From Gemmatimonadota bacterium (GTDB taxonomy: Bacteria; Gemmatimonadota; Gemmatimonadetes; Gemmatimonadales; GWC2-71-9), in assembly GCA_039656555.1 (NCBI GenBank), contig JBDHLU010000004.1:1-53681 (forward strand): 53,681 bases of DNA. The letters are read 5' to 3'. Numbering within the stretch: the first letter of the stretch is position 1; every line of letters begins with the position of its first letter. Position numbers and translations under genes: made by a program. Of this stretch, positions 26,702-37,388 are shown piece by piece. A model generated the notes under the pieces. It was not told the origin of the DNA, ran no database searches, and saw only the letters and a list, made by a program, of their open reading frames with translations.

Positions 26702-28237
26702 CTACCCGGTCGGTCCGCGACGCCTCAGGATGGCGCGCGCTTCCGGGTGCCCTACCACCACCGTAGCGGCGCCGTAGACGAGCGCGAACGCCGCTACCGC
26801 GGCGAGCGCGCTCACCCACGACGCCGCGACGGCTAGGCGGCCGGCGACGAGCCAAGCGGCGGCCCCTGCCAAGACTGAGCTTCCGATCCCGAGCATGATT
26901 GCGCGGAGGTGCCCCTCGGTCAGGATGGTGCCGAGCCGGCGTCGGAGGAACGTGAAATTGAGCATCATGTTCACGTTGCCTCCGACGGCGGCGCCGAGGG
27001 CGATACCGGCGGGCCCCAAGGTCTGCATGGCGTAGAGTGCGACCCCGGCCGAAGTGATCACGGATACGATGGCAATGCGAACTGGAGTCTTGGTGTCCCC
27101 CAGCGCATAGTGGCCCGAGGCCAACAGCTTGACAGAGGCCTGCGCCGGAATCCCGATGCTGTACGCGGCGAGCACGCCGGCGGCGATAGCGGTTTGCTGC
27201 GGTCCGAACGCCCCCGTTTGAAACAGGGCCCCCACCAGGTTGGACGCCAAAACGGCGCAACCAACGGCAGCGGGTATGACGAAGAACGCCAAGCGTCGAA
27301 CTGCGTCTCCGAGTTGCACGCTGATCTCATGCTGCGCCTGCGATACCGCGTCGCGGGAAAGCTCGGGGAGTGCCACCGCGGCGATGCTGGCGCCGAACAA
27401 CGAGACTGGTAGGATCGCAATGAGCTGCGCGTAGCCCATGATCGCGACTGCGCCCGGTTCTAGGAACGACGCGAGTGCGGTGTCGACGATGCTCGATATC
27501 TGGTACACGCCGGCGCCGAACACCACGGGCAGCCAAGCATGAATGACAGTGCGCACCCCAGTGGCGTTCAAGTCAATTCCCCACGCCACCCTACCCCCAG
27601 CTCGCAGGGTGTGCGGCAGCTGTACTACGAGTTGGGCCACGCTGCCGGCCAGCGCTCCCCACGCCAATGCTACGACTAGGCGAGTCTCGGTCCACAACAT
27701 CGCGCCGAACACCACAAGCGTGGCGATCTGAACGATGTTCCACATCGCCGGAGCTGCGTACGACAGAAAAAACTGGCGATGCGTGTTGAGTATTCCCAAA
27801 CACCACGCCGAGAGAATGAGCACCCCAGCCATGGGAAACATGATCTCGACAAGCCGAACGGTGAGTTCCCTGGTGGCCCCGTCGAATCCGGGCGCCGCGA
27901 TATCAGTGATGATCGGAGCCAACAGCACGCCTGCGATCGCGGCGACGGCGGCCAACGCCACCAGTAGCGATGCGATGACACCGGCTAAGCGTCGTGCGTC
28001 GTCATGCTCGCCGCGCTCGATCATTCTGGCATAAACGGGAATGAACGAGGCCGACAGGGTGCCCTCCCCCAGCAGATTGCGAATGACGTTGGGGATCTTG
28101 AGGGCTGCCCGATACGCGTCTGCTGCGATACCGTCACCGAAGTAATGCGCGAAAACGCGTTCGCGTACGAATCCGAGGATGCGGGTAATGAGGATTCCGG
28201 CCCCGACGTGCGCCGCGAAGCGCCCTTGGGACGCCAC
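26702..28237 (-). CDS. murJ: Lipid II flippase MurJ (MviN)
   Basis: RILGFVRE, ADAY, IPNVIRNLLGEGTLSASFIP, YALGDTKTPVR. Confidence 0.95.
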   Translation of the reverse strand: MASQGRFAAHVGAGILITRILGFVRERVFAHYFGDGIAADAYRAALKIPNVIRNLLGEGTLSASFIPVYARMIERGEHDDARRLAGVIASLLVALAAVAAIAGVLLAPIITDIAAPGFDGATRELTVRLVEIMFPMAGVLILSAWCLGILNTHRQFFLSYAAPAMWNIVQIATLVVFGAMLWTETRLVVALAWGALAGSVAQLVVQLPHTLRAGGRVAWGIDLNATGVRTVIHAWLPVVFGAGVYQISSIVDTALASFLEPGAVAIMGYAQLIAILPVSLFGASIAAVALPELSRDAVSQAQHEISVQLGDAVRRLAFFVIPAAVGCAVLASNLVGALFQTGAFGPQQTAIAAGVLAAYSIGIPAQASVKLLASGHYALGDTKTPVRIAIVSVITSAGVALYAMQTLGPAGIALGAAVGGNVNMMLNFTFLRRRLGTILTEGHLRAIMLGIGSSVLAGAAAWLVAGRLAVAASWVSALAAVAAFALVYGAATVVVGHPEARAILRRRGPTG

Positions 28238-28244
28238 CTAGTAC

Positions 28245-29786
28245 CTAACCGTCGGAGTGAGCTTCACCGCCATACCACCGGCGACACGCGTCGAACAATT
28301 CGTCGATGAGTGGGGGGCCGTACCGAATCAGATACGGCATGATGTTGAGAACTCGTTCCTGCGGTTTGCCCATTGGGAAGAGGTTGTTGCGCGCCTTCCC
28401 AATCTGATTCGTGAGTGTCTCGTTGTGAGACTTGAGGTGTGCTACCAGGCGTTTCTCGAGGTCCTTCGAGGCAGCCAGTGACGTGTTGCGCGCCGCCTGC
28501 ACGGCCTTCCGCATGGTGGGGTCGATGGAAACGGCAGCTGACTCGATCGCCTGATAATGCGCTTGGAGTGCTTCGCGGAGTTTTGCAAACGCGGAGACGG
28601 CCTCGGCCGGCATCTCTCCACTCGCGAGCTTGGCCTCGAGTTGGCCCTCGGGTGACGCCAAATCCTCCGCTACTAGGTCGAACTTTGCCAGGACCTTCGC
28701 GATCTTGCCTTCGACGATCCGACCCGACCATCGGGGAATCGGGAGTTGAGGGGACACCTCGAAAAATTCGTAGAGCGGCGTACACTGTGGAAAGTAGGTC
28801 AGTTCACCGGGTCCGGCCACATAGGCGAGGGTCGGTAGGATCGATGCCTCGACGATGGGACGAAGCAACACGTTGGGAGAAAACCGCTCTGGGGCGGATT
28901 CGAGCAGTGCGGATAGTTCGTCCAGCGACCATCGCTCTCCCGATCGCCGAGCCACGAAATGTCCGTTCTTGGGTACCAACCGGTCGCGACCGAGCGAGCC
29001 CTCGATCATGAGCGGAGCCGCCCCGTCGCCGACGTGCACCGGAACTGGTTTCCCCGCCGCCGCCAGTGCTTCACCTTGCGCGGCGAGTGCGCGATCGATG
29101 GAGTCGGCTTCTTCCAGTGTACGCTGGAGCACCGGCCGCATTGCCTCTTTGGCTGCGCGACTCGTGGGGCGCAAGACGACGAGTCCCAACCGGCCAAGAA
29201 GTTCGCTCAACGTGTCGCCGAATGCGGTGGCGTAATCCGTCTCGTGTCGGTAGTGCCGGTCGAGAAGGTCCAATACGTCCGCTTTGAACTCGGTGTCGGG
29301 TGTTGCGTCGACGATGGCCTGGCGCGGTCCGTCGAGCAGCGCTCCCAATGGTTCCTTGTAGAGCGGCGTCAGCGCCTCGGTGTCCTCGCGTTCGTGCAGT
29401 GCCAGTCGGTTTAGCGCGTTCGCCATGTCCGTGACATGGATGTGGTTTGATTCCGGCAGGTCATGGTCGTCCCCGGCAACCCAAAACACGGGCACCACCG
29501 GCCGCGCCAACTCCTGCGCGAATCTGTGTGCGAGCGCGACCGCCGAAAGGGCCTTGTAGATGGTGAAGAGGGGTCCCGTGAAGAGGCCGGGTTGTTGCCC
29601 AGTCGTGACGCAGAGTGCTGATCCGTCGAAGAGTAAATCCAGGTTGTCATGCGCTGGTCCCGGCGCCGCGACGAAGGCGTCGCGGAATCCCGGATCGAGC
29701 GGCGGCAGCGCTCGCGCATTGGCCAATGTTGCGGCATCGATCTTGGGCAGCGGTAGGACCGGCGTCGTGTCGATTCTGATGGTCAT
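28245..29786 (-). CDS. bshC: Bacillithiol biosynthesis cysteine-adding enzyme
   Basis: TGQQPGLFTGPLFTIYK, VPVFWVAGDDHD, FSPNVLLRP, YVAGPGE, PQER. Confidence 0.93.
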   Translation of the reverse strand: MTIRIDTTPVLPLPKIDAATLANARALPPLDPGFRDAFVAAPGPAHDNLDLLFDGSALCVTTGQQPGLFTGPLFTIYKALSAVALAHRFAQELARPVVPVFWVAGDDHDLPESNHIHVTDMANALNRLALHEREDTEALTPLYKEPLGALLDGPRQAIVDATPDTEFKADVLDLLDRHYRHETDYATAFGDTLSELLGRLGLVVLRPTSRAAKEAMRPVLQRTLEEADSIDRALAAQGEALAAAGKPVPVHVGDGAAPLMIEGSLGRDRLVPKNGHFVARRSGERWSLDELSALLESAPERFSPNVLLRPIVEASILPTLAYVAGPGELTYFPQCTPLYEFFEVSPQLPIPRWSGRIVEGKIAKVLAKFDLVAEDLASPEGQLEAKLASGEMPAEAVSAFAKLREALQAHYQAIESAAVSIDPTMRKAVQAARNTSLAASKDLEKRLVAHLKSHNETLTNQIGKARNNLFPMGKPQERVLNIMPYLIRYGPPLIDELFDACRRWYGGEAHSDG

Positions 29787-29802
29787 CCGGTGATAATACC
29801 TC

Positions 29803-30279
29803 TCAGCCTCGGCCCTTGTGGTAAGGTTCCCCGCGAAGGATCGTGTCCGCGCGATAGAGTTGCTCGAGAAGCACCGCGCGGGCGAGTTCGTGTGGGAGGG
29901 TCATAGGCGACAGGCCGAGCGTGGCTTCGGCTTCCTCGCGCAGTCCATCGTCCAGCCCGAACGCGCCGCCAACGACAAGAGCTACGTCCCGTCCGTCCGT
30001 CTTCCATGTGGCCAGGCGATCCGCGAACGCTTCACTCGTTTCGCTCGGGCCGTTGCGCGTGAGGCAGAACACTCTCGCATTCTTGGGAATGGCCCGGCGG
30101 ATGGAATCCGCTTCGTGACGCATGGCGGCTGCGGCTTTCTCTTCCCGACGTCCCGCCGCGCGCACCTCGATGATGTTCAGGCGCAGTCGTCCTCGAAGAC
30201 GCTTGGCGTATTCGTCACAGAGGTCTCGAAGTCCGGGGTGTTTCAGTTTTCCTACGGCGATGATGGAGATCACCATCAA
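29803..30279 (-). CDS. rlmH: 23S rRNA (pseudouridine1915-N3)-methyltransferase
   Basis: [32 protein letters not shown]. Confidence 0.96.
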   Translation of the reverse strand: MMVISIIAVGKLKHPGLRDLCDEYAKRLRGRLRLNIIEVRAAGRREEKAAAAMRHEADSIRRAIPKNARVFCLTRNGPSETSEAFADRLATWKTDGRDVALVVGGAFGLDDGLREEAEATLGLSPMTLPHELARAVLLEQLYRADTILRGEPYHKGRG

Positions 30280-31598
30280 GCGTAGAGTCCGCGGAGTCGG
30301 TGCACCGCGGCGACCCGGTCGATGGCAAGCATATAGGCCGCGACGCGGAGGTTCACGTTATGCCGTTCGGCAACCTCCAGGACGGCATGAAACGACTGTT
30401 GCATCACGGAATTCAGGCGGTCCTTAACACTGGCTTCGTCCCAGAAATATCCCATCCGGTCTTGCACCCACTCGAAATACGAGACCGTTACACCGCCGGC
30501 ATTGGCGAGAATGTCGGGGATCACGAACACGCCGTTGTTCTCGAGGATTTCATCCGCACCGGCAGTCGTCGGCCCGTTGGCTCCCTCACAGACAATCTTG
30601 GCGCGTATCTGATGCGCGTTCCGCCGGGTAATCGCATTTTCCACGGCGGCTGGGAGTAGCACGTCGACGTCCATCGTCAGCAACGAGTCGAGCGAGATCG
30701 ATTCGGCGCGCGGATACCCTTCGAGGTATCTGTGTTCGCGTACCCATTGGAGCGCATCGTCGATGTAGATGCCATTGGGATTGTAGAATGCTCCGGAGAT
30801 GTCGCTCACCCCGACAATCGTCAAGCCTTCCTGCTCGAGGAGTTGCGCCGCCACCGACCCTACGTTTCCAAATCCCTGCACTGCGACTTTCGTCCCACGT
30901 AACGGCAGCCCCAAATGATGGAGCGCTTCCTTCGTCACGATCATGCACCCGCGACCGGTTGCCTCCCGACGACCGAGTGATCCACCCATCTCGACGGGCT
31001 TTCCGGTAACGACCGCAGTGACCGGGTGACGCATGTGCATGGAATAGGTATCCATGATCCACGCCATCACCCGTTCGTTCGTGTTTACGTCAGGTGCGGG
31101 AATGTCGGACTCAGGTCCAAGCACGTCGATGAGTGCTGCCGTGTACCGGCGCGTGATCCGCTCGAGTTCGTTGACCGACAGGGTAGTCGGGTCGCATACG
31201 ACGCCGCCCTTGGCGCCGCCAAAAGGAATGTTTACGACTCCGCATTTCCAAGTCATCCAAGCGGCCAACGCTTTGACTTCGTCCAGGCGTACTTCCGCGT
31301 TGAATCGGATCCCGCCCTTCCCTGGCCCACGTGCCGTATTGTGAATCACGCGATACCCGGTGAAGACCTCGATGTCACCCGAGTCACGTTGGATCGGCAC
31401 CGACACGATGATCTGTTTCTCGGGAGCACGGAGCATGCGGTAAATGCCCTCGTCGAGCGATAAGAGAGTCGCCGCATGGTCGAAGCGAGCCATCATGGCT
31501 TCGAATGGGTTATCCTCGTCGAGCAGTGGGTCCTTGTCTCGGCCGAGAATGTCCTGCGCTGTGCGGGCGCGCTTCGGGCCCTCGCCAGGTTCCGTCAT
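30276..31598 (-). CDS. Glutamate dehydrogenase (Glu/Leu/Phe/Val dehydrogenase family)
   Basis: [54 protein letters not shown]. Confidence 0.93.
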   Translation of the reverse strand: MTEPGEGPKRARTAQDILGRDKDPLLDEDNPFEAMMARFDHAATLLSLDEGIYRMLRAPEKQIIVSVPIQRDSGDIEVFTGYRVIHNTARGPGKGGIRFNAEVRLDEVKALAAWMTWKCGVVNIPFGGAKGGVVCDPTTLSVNELERITRRYTAALIDVLGPESDIPAPDVNTNERVMAWIMDTYSMHMRHPVTAVVTGKPVEMGGSLGRREATGRGCMIVTKEALHHLGLPLRGTKVAVQGFGNVGSVAAQLLEQEGLTIVGVSDISGAFYNPNGIYIDDALQWVREHRYLEGYPRAESISLDSLLTMDVDVLLPAAVENAITRRNAHQIRAKIVCEGANGPTTAGADEILENNGVFVIPDILANAGGVTVSYFEWVQDRMGYFWDEASVKDRLNSVMQQSFHAVLEVAERHNVNLRVAAYMLAIDRVAAVHRLRGLYA

Positions 31599-32614
31599 AG
31601 CTCTGTATGTGCAATGAGCGCGTCCAGCGCGCTCACAACCCTCTCGTAGTCGTTTCCCCAATCCACGTCGAGCTGGGCAACCAGCGGTGCCGCAACACTC
31701 GGCGGCCAAAGTGGCTCCAGCTTCGTCGCATCCTTTTCGGTGACTACAACGTAATCAACCCCAGCTGAATTCTGGAGCATGACGCGGACATCGTGTTTCG
31801 AGTACCGGTGGTGGTCCCGCCACCTGAGTCCGGTGACGCGCGCCCCCAATTGCACGATCTGGGCCTCGAAAGCTTCTGGAAGGGCGATACCTGTCGACGC
31901 GAGCACTCGGCACCCCCGGACCTGGCTAGGTGGCAAGACGTGTCGGGCGCCCAGTGGCCGGAATCCGGGAATGCGGAACTGGGCCGCAAGCACAGGGCCT
32001 CCCACCACGCTCTCCAGAGCCTGGCGGGACGATTCCAACTCCCTAGGGGCAACCGATTTTCCGGTTATGACCGTTAGGTCAGCCCGGCGGGCCGCGGAGG
32101 GTGGCTCTCGCCAGGGGCCGGCGGGCAACGCGAGCGAGTCGCGCGAGAGTTGTTCGGCGCTGATCAAGCAAATATCCAGGTCTCGATGCACGTCCAGGCG
32201 CTGGAACGCGTCATCGAGCACGAACACGTCGGCGCCCTGTTCGATGGCAAGTCGCGCGGCCCGCCGTCGATCCGGATTCGACAAGACAAGGGCCGAGGGG
32301 GCGAGTCGTCGATGCACCGCATCTTCGTCACCTCCGTAGCCGCGACTCAAGATCGCCGGTGTGACACCGCGTGCCGCAAAGTGTGCTGCAACCCACGAAG
32401 CGATCGGGGTCTTGCCCGCCCCGCCCACGGAGAGCCCCCCGACCGCGACCGTGGGTCTCCCGAGGCGGTGCGTGCGCATGAAGCCGTGGGTGTACACCTG
32501 CGCTCTGACCCGCATGAATCGCAGATAGGCTGCCGCCAGCGGGACCAGCGTCGTTCGAACCGCTCGAGCGCCCGGCGATGACGCGCTCCAAACGAACCGG
32601 GCTAGACGCTGCAC
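31595..32614 (-). CDS. lpxK: Tetraacyldisaccharide 4'-kinase
   Basis: VGGAGKTP P-loop, [31 protein letters not shown]. Confidence 0.9.
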   Translation of the reverse strand: MQRLARFVWSASSPGARAVRTTLVPLAAAYLRFMRVRAQVYTHGFMRTHRLGRPTVAVGGLSVGGAGKTPIASWVAAHFAARGVTPAILSRGYGGDEDAVHRRLAPSALVLSNPDRRRAARLAIEQGADVFVLDDAFQRLDVHRDLDICLISAEQLSRDSLALPAGPWREPPSAARRADLTVITGKSVAPRELESSRQALESVVGGPVLAAQFRIPGFRPLGARHVLPPSQVRGCRVLASTGIALPEAFEAQIVQLGARVTGLRWRDHHRYSKHDVRVMLQNSAGVDYVVVTEKDATKLEPLWPPSVAAPLVAQLDVDWGNDYERVVSALDALIAHTEL

Positions 32615-33216
32615 GCCGCGGTGATCTCCGCCTGGTTCAAGGCGCGTTCGAGCGCATCGGCGGCGTCTGCCGGGTCATTGGCGTCCAAGGTGAGCGGATC
32701 CCCATAGTGGAGGTGGATCCGAGCACCGCCCTTCGGGATACGAAAACGGTCCCAAGATGACAGTTCCCACACGCGGCTGGCTCCAAATCCAACCGGAATG
32801 ACCGTGGCTCCCTCTCTCGCCGCCGCCCACGCGATACCGGGCTTCGCAACGCGAGCCGGGCCACGCGGGCCGTCCGGTGTAGTGGCGATGTCGGAGCCCG
32901 ACTGGAGCGCGCGGAGCATTCCCTTGATTCCCGTCAGGCTGCCGCGAGTGGAGGATCCGCGGACAACATTGTAACCCCACCGGTGCCCCGCGTCCGCCAG
33001 TCGTTGCGCGTCGCGATGCTGGCTGACGAGCAGCGTTATGCCTTCGTTGCGCCGGTGCCAGAGGGGAACCAGCAGCATGGCGTGCCACACGGCAAACGCG
33101 AGTCGAGCCCCGTCTTCCCGAAGCGACCGGACCACGTCGTCACCGGAAACAGAGAGACGCCAAGTATTGGCGAGTCCCGCGACCGCCATCCGCACCAGTG
33201 CGTCCGGTGCGCTCAC
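32602..33216 (-). CDS. DUF374 / lysophospholipid acyltransferase-like protein
   Basis: WH, LVSQHRD, VRGSSTRG, TPDGPRGP, SWDRFRIP. Confidence 0.85.
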   Translation of the reverse strand: MSAPDALVRMAVAGLANTWRLSVSGDDVVRSLREDGARLAFAVWHAMLLVPLWHRRNEGITLLVSQHRDAQRLADAGHRWGYNVVRGSSTRGSLTGIKGMLRALQSGSDIATTPDGPRGPARVAKPGIAWAAAREGATVIPVGFGASRVWELSSWDRFRIPKGGARIHLHYGDPLTLDANDPADAADALERALNQAEITAACSV

Positions 33217-34319
33217 GCGGCCAGCTCCATGGTCATGGTCGCAACGCGATCGGCTGCTCCTGGGCCGCCGAGCTTGGTGCGAACGTCTGCAAACATCTCC
33301 TGCTGACGGTGCGTTTCGGGTGACGCGCTGTCGAGCAGCGGTGCGACTGCTTTTGCCAGGGCTTCGCGCGTCAAAGCTCCTTGGAGGAGTTCCGGCACCG
33401 CCGGGTTGTCCGCCAGGATGTTTCCCAATCCAATGTGATCCACTCGCGCCAGCCTCCGAGCCAAGGCCGCGGTCACCGGATGCACAGCATACGCGATCGC
33501 ATGAGGCGTATCGTATAGCGCGGCCTCGAGTGTGATCGTGCCCGACTTGCAGATGGCAGCCGTCGACGCTGCCATCACGAGTTCGGCTTCGTTGGTGACG
33601 ATCTTGAACGCGTCGGATCCGGGATACTCGAGTCCTTCGATTGCTGCTACCGTTACCGCCAGCTCGGGGTACCCGGCAGCCAACTCTTTGGCCGCGTCAC
33701 GAAAATGAGGCCAGAGTCGGGCAACCTCCGAGGCTCGACTCCCCGGAAACAATCCGAGGGTGACACGGTTCTGGGGAATGTCTAGTGCGGTTCGGGCCAC
33801 CGGTTGGGTGGGAACGGTCGCCCGATCGAGCAGCGGGTGACCGACGTACGAGCACGCCACACCGCGATCTCGATAATAGTCACGCTCGAATGGGAGGGTG
33901 ACCGCCAGTCGCGACACGACTGATTGGAGTCGTCCGAGCCTCCATTCACCCCAAGCCCAGATTTGCGGTGGGATGTAATACAACACGGGAATGCCGGCTG
34001 CCGCTGCTGCTGCTGCGACGCGAAGGTGGAAGCCGGGGTAGTCGACGAGAAGCACCGCGTCGTACGGGTATTTTCTGAATCGACGCTTCAGTGTCTGGAG
34101 TAGAGCGATATGTCTGGGCAGGCTCCCGATGGCCTCCACGAGGCCGACGGCTCCGAGGTCCTCCGCCCGTGCGACAGGTTGTACCCCGGCGGCCCGCAAC
34201 GCCGGCCCCGCAATTCCGTCGAACTCACAGTCGGAACGTCGTTGGGAGAGTGCGGTCACTACACGCGCAGCGTGTTCGTCGCCCGAGCGTTCTCCAACAG
34301 AAACGAACAGTCTCGTCAG
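33213..34319 (-). CDS. lpxB: Lipid-A-disaccharide synthase (probable CTG start)
   Basis: FVSVGERSGDEH (upstream of the first canonical start), VDYPGFH, PPQIWAW, LPFE, VGHPL, FPGSR, SGTITLE. Confidence 0.92.
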   Translation of the reverse strand: MTRLFVSVGERSGDEHAARVVTALSQRRSDCEFDGIAGPALRAAGVQPVARAEDLGAVGLVEAIGSLPRHIALLQTLKRRFRKYPYDAVLLVDYPGFHLRVAAAAAAAGIPVLYYIPPQIWAWGEWRLGRLQSVVSRLAVTLPFERDYYRDRGVACSYVGHPLLDRATVPTQPVARTALDIPQNRVTLGLFPGSRASEVARLWPHFRDAAKELAAGYPELAVTVAAIEGLEYPGSDAFKIVTNEAELVMAASTAAICKSGTITLEAALYDTPHAIAYAVHPVTAALARRLARVDHIGLGNILADNPAVPELLQGALTREALAKAVAPLLDSASPETHRQQEMFADVRTKLGGPGAADRVATMTMELAA

Positions 34320-35089
34320 ACAAGGACTCCGCGTTCGGACGTACCAATGAAATCGAGGAGCCGGGCGATTTCGGGCACGTGACCCGAGCGCGCGCGCAGC
34401 GTGTCAGCAGCTTCACCGGTCGTCATGTCGGAGTTGAAGAGCAAACGAAACGCGTGTTGGATTTCCAGCTTTGTGTCTTGGTCGAACCCCGCGCGGTCCA
34501 ACCCCACCGCGTTCGGTCCGAGCAACTTGATGGGGTTTCCGGCTGCTCGAGCGAACGGCGGAACATCCTGAGGTACGCGTGACCCTCCACCCACGAACGC
34601 GTAGGCGCCGATCCGGACGAATTGATGAATCGGTGTGGATCCTCCCAACCAAGCGTGGTGGCCGACGTGGACGTGGCCTGCCATCTGCACCGCGTTCGCG
34701 ATCGTCACATCATCCTCGACCACGCAGTCGTGCGCGATGTGTACGTAGGTCATGATGAAGCATCGGTTGCCCACAACCGTACGGCCACTCGCGTTCGATC
34801 CGCGGTTGATCGTCGAGTACTCCCGTATCCGAGTATCCGCACCGATCTCGAGCCACGTCTCACCCTTTTCGAACTTCGCATCCTGTGGAGGCGAACCCAG
34901 CACGCTGCCCACGCCAACGGTCGTACCGCGACCGATCCGGGTGTAGTCTTCGATGACCACGTGCGGGCCAAGGATGACGCCGGATGCCAGGTTGACGTTG
35001 GGGCCGACGACCGCAAAGGGGCCGATGGTGACGTCGTCTGCGACCGTGGCGTCGGCGTCTACAATTGCGGTCGCGTGAATGCCGGTCAT
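34316..35089 (-). CDS. lpxA: UDP-N-acetylglucosamine acyltransferase
   Basis: Hexapeptide repeats, PQD.KF, IREYSTINRG, HIAHDC, HQFVRIG, QDVPP. Confidence 0.96.
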   Translation of the reverse strand: MTGIHATAIVDADATVADDVTIGPFAVVGPNVNLASGVILGPHVVIEDYTRIGRGTTVGVGSVLGSPPQDAKFEKGETWLEIGADTRIREYSTINRGSNASGRTVVGNRCFIMTYVHIAHDCVVEDDVTIANAVQMAGHVHVGHHAWLGGSTPIHQFVRIGAYAFVGGGSRVPQDVPPFARAAGNPIKLLGPNAVGLDRAGFDQDTKLEIQHAFRLLFNSDMTTGEAADTLRARSGHVPEIARLLDFIGTSERGVLV

Positions 35090-35511
35090 CGATCAATAAC
35101 GGTCGCTATCATTTCGGCCTCTGCGGCCCGTTCTCCGTCTACCGTTGCCTTTCCCTTCATGCGGCAGGTGGTGCCGCGGACCTGGACGATTTCGACTTCC
35201 ATGCGAAGTTGATCGCCGGGCACTACCGGCCGCCGAAACCTCGCCTTATCGATTCCCAGGAACAGCACGATTTTCTCTTCTGGGTTTTCGAGTTTTCCCA
35301 TCGTCAACAATCCACCGGTTTGGGCCATCGCCTCGACGATAAGGACACCGGGCATGATGGGTTGCCCCGGAAAGTGACCCTGGAAGAAGGGCTCGTTCAC
35401 CGTAACGTTTTTGATGCCGACGATCCGTTCGTCGTCTAACTCGACAATACGGTCGACGAGCAGCATAGGGTATCGGTGTGGCAACACCTTCATGATTTCC
35501 TGGATGTCCAT
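35086..35511 (-). CDS. fabZ: 3-hydroxyacyl-ACP dehydratase
   Basis: LPHRYPMLLVD, FQGHFP..PIMPGVLIVEAMAQ, PVVPGD. Confidence 0.97.
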   Translation of the reverse strand: MDIQEIMKVLPHRYPMLLVDRIVELDDERIVGIKNVTVNEPFFQGHFPGQPIMPGVLIVEAMAQTGGLLTMGKLENPEEKIVLFLGIDKARFRRPVVPGDQLRMEVEIVQVRGTTCRMKGKATVDGERAAEAEMIATVIDR

Positions 35512-36350
35512 CAGGCCTCGACTTGTTGGGTTACCAAGGCATACAGTGTTCGTGCCAGCGCGACGTTCCCTGCATGCCCCGGTTGAGTTGCCGTAATGTG
35601 CGCGCAGATCGGCCGGCCGACCAATGCGAGATCGCCGACGAGGTCGAGTGCCTTGTGACGTACGAATTCGTCGGGCCAGCGCAGCGTACCATCCAGCACC
35701 CCATCTTGCGTGAGTACGAGCACGTTGGTCGAGTCAGCCCCGCGTGCCAGACCGATCTTTTTGAGCCGCTCGTGATCGTCGAGATAGCCGAACGTCCGGG
35801 CCGGAGCGATCTCCGACGCAAACGTGTGCTTGTCGATGTCCACGACGATCGACTGCGCGCCGATCAATGGATGCGGTACGTCGATCCGTACGGAAAGAGT
35901 TAACTGGGGGGCTGGTTCTACTACGTAAAGTGATGGGGCGTGCCGTACCTCGAATGACGAGGAGACGATGAATGGATCCACCATGCCATTGGTCTCTGCA
36001 CAACCTGCACGGAGTAGCATGTCGAGATACTGGTTGGCACTTCCGTCTCCTATAGGCACCTCCGGACCGGTCAACTCGATGTCCATGTCGTCGATACCGA
36101 ATGTGTAGGCGGTTGCGAGGAAATGCTCTACGGTGCTAACGGAGACATCGTGGCACGAAAGCTCCGTGCGATGGGCCGTCTGGGATACGTACGGTACCAA
36201 TGCGGGAATGTCGGTACCACCCATGTCAGTGCGGCGCCAGATTCGGCCCGTTCCGCCGTCAACGGGACGCACCGTCATCGAGATTTCGCGCCCCGTGTGC
36301 AGGCCGATACCGGTTATCGTGGTCGCCTTGGCGACCGTGAACCGGTTCAC
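35511..36350 (-). CDS. lpxC: UDP-3-O-acyl-N-acetylglucosamine deacetylase
   Basis: GIGLHTG, STVEH, EIAPARTF, EFVRHKALDLVGDL, GH; GTG start at 36350. Confidence 0.93.
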   Translation of the reverse strand: MNRFTVAKATTITGIGLHTGREISMTVRPVDGGTGRIWRRTDMGGTDIPALVPYVSQTAHRTELSCHDVSVSTVEHFLATAYTFGIDDMDIELTGPEVPIGDGSANQYLDMLLRAGCAETNGMVDPFIVSSSFEVRHAPSLYVVEPAPQLTLSVRIDVPHPLIGAQSIVVDIDKHTFASEIAPARTFGYLDDHERLKKIGLARGADSTNVLVLTQDGVLDGTLRWPDEFVRHKALDLVGDLALVGRPICAHITATQPGHAGNVALARTLYALVTQQVEA

Positions 36351-37381
36351 TCGTGCTTTGCCAACCGCTCGAGATCGGCAAGCAACGGTGCCAGTCGCTC
36401 GAGGGTGGCTACCTGTCGGAGGACTCGTCGGTGATCGCGGGCCGGGTACCCCGAAACAGTCGTCTCGGCGGGTACCCGTCCTATCACCCCTCCCTGGGCG
36501 GCCACTCGGGCTGCCCGTTCCACGTGCACGTGATCGGCCAAACCGGCTTGGCCCGCCAGCCAAACGTCATCTTCCACCACGGCGCTACCCCCCACACCGA
36601 CCTGTGCCATGATCAGGCACCGACTGCCGATGCGAACGTTGTGCCCGATCTGTACGAGGTTGTCGATCTTTGTACCGGCGCCGACGACCGTTTCGCCCAA
36701 GCTCCCCCGGTCGATGGTCGAGTTTGCCCCAATATCGACATCGTCTTCGATCCGGCACGGCCCCACGTGTGGTGTTCGGATGTGATCGGCCCCGACTTGG
36801 TGATAGGCGTATCCTACGCCGCCGATGACGGCGCCCGGTTTGACGACAACGCGGTTGCCGATCTCGGTGCCGCCTTCGATGCTGACGTTAATACCCACAT
36901 GGCAGTCATCGCCCAAACAAACGCCGGGTCCGATGCGACTGTGGGCATCGATCACACATCCTTTGCCGAATGTGACACCAGCGCCGATCTCGGCTCCGGC
37001 GGCGATGGCAATGCGTCCGGACCACCGAACGTTTCGACCGATCCGGGCCGAAGGGGAAATTCCCCATGCCGGCTCATGCACCGGAACGAGTTTCTCAGCT
37101 AGGCCTATGAGGGCGGTAACGGTGTCGTCGGAGGTGGCCACGACGATCCGAGTGGGCACCGAGGTGGGATGGTCGCGAAGGGCCTTGGGTATGATCGCGA
37201 CACCGGCATGTGATGTTTCGTAGGGGCGGAGGTGTCTCTCGGAGGTGACGACCGACAGATCGCTGGGGGCCGCGCGGTCCAACGAACTGATCCCCGTAAT
37301 CGACGCCTCCGGGTTTCCTAACAATTCACCGCCGACCAGCGCTGCTGCCTGGCCGGCGGTGAGGTGCGGCGCGTTGGCCAT
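36347..37381 (-). CDS. lpxD: UDP-3-O-(3-hydroxymyristoyl)glucosamine N-acyltransferase
   Basis: Hexapeptide repeats, DIGANSTIDRG, TKIDNLVQIGHNV. Confidence 0.94.
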   Translation of the reverse strand: MANAPHLTAGQAAALVGGELLGNPEASITGISSLDRAAPSDLSVVTSERHLRPYETSHAGVAIIPKALRDHPTSVPTRIVVATSDDTVTALIGLAEKLVPVHEPAWGISPSARIGRNVRWSGRIAIAAGAEIGAGVTFGKGCVIDAHSRIGPGVCLGDDCHVGINVSIEGGTEIGNRVVVKPGAVIGGVGYAYHQVGADHIRTPHVGPCRIEDDVDIGANSTIDRGSLGETVVGAGTKIDNLVQIGHNVRIGSRCLIMAQVGVGGSAVVEDDVWLAGQAGLADHVHVERAARVAAQGGVIGRVPAETTVSGYPARDHRRVLRQVATLERLAPLLADLERLAKHE

Positions 37382-37388
37382 TGGTGTA

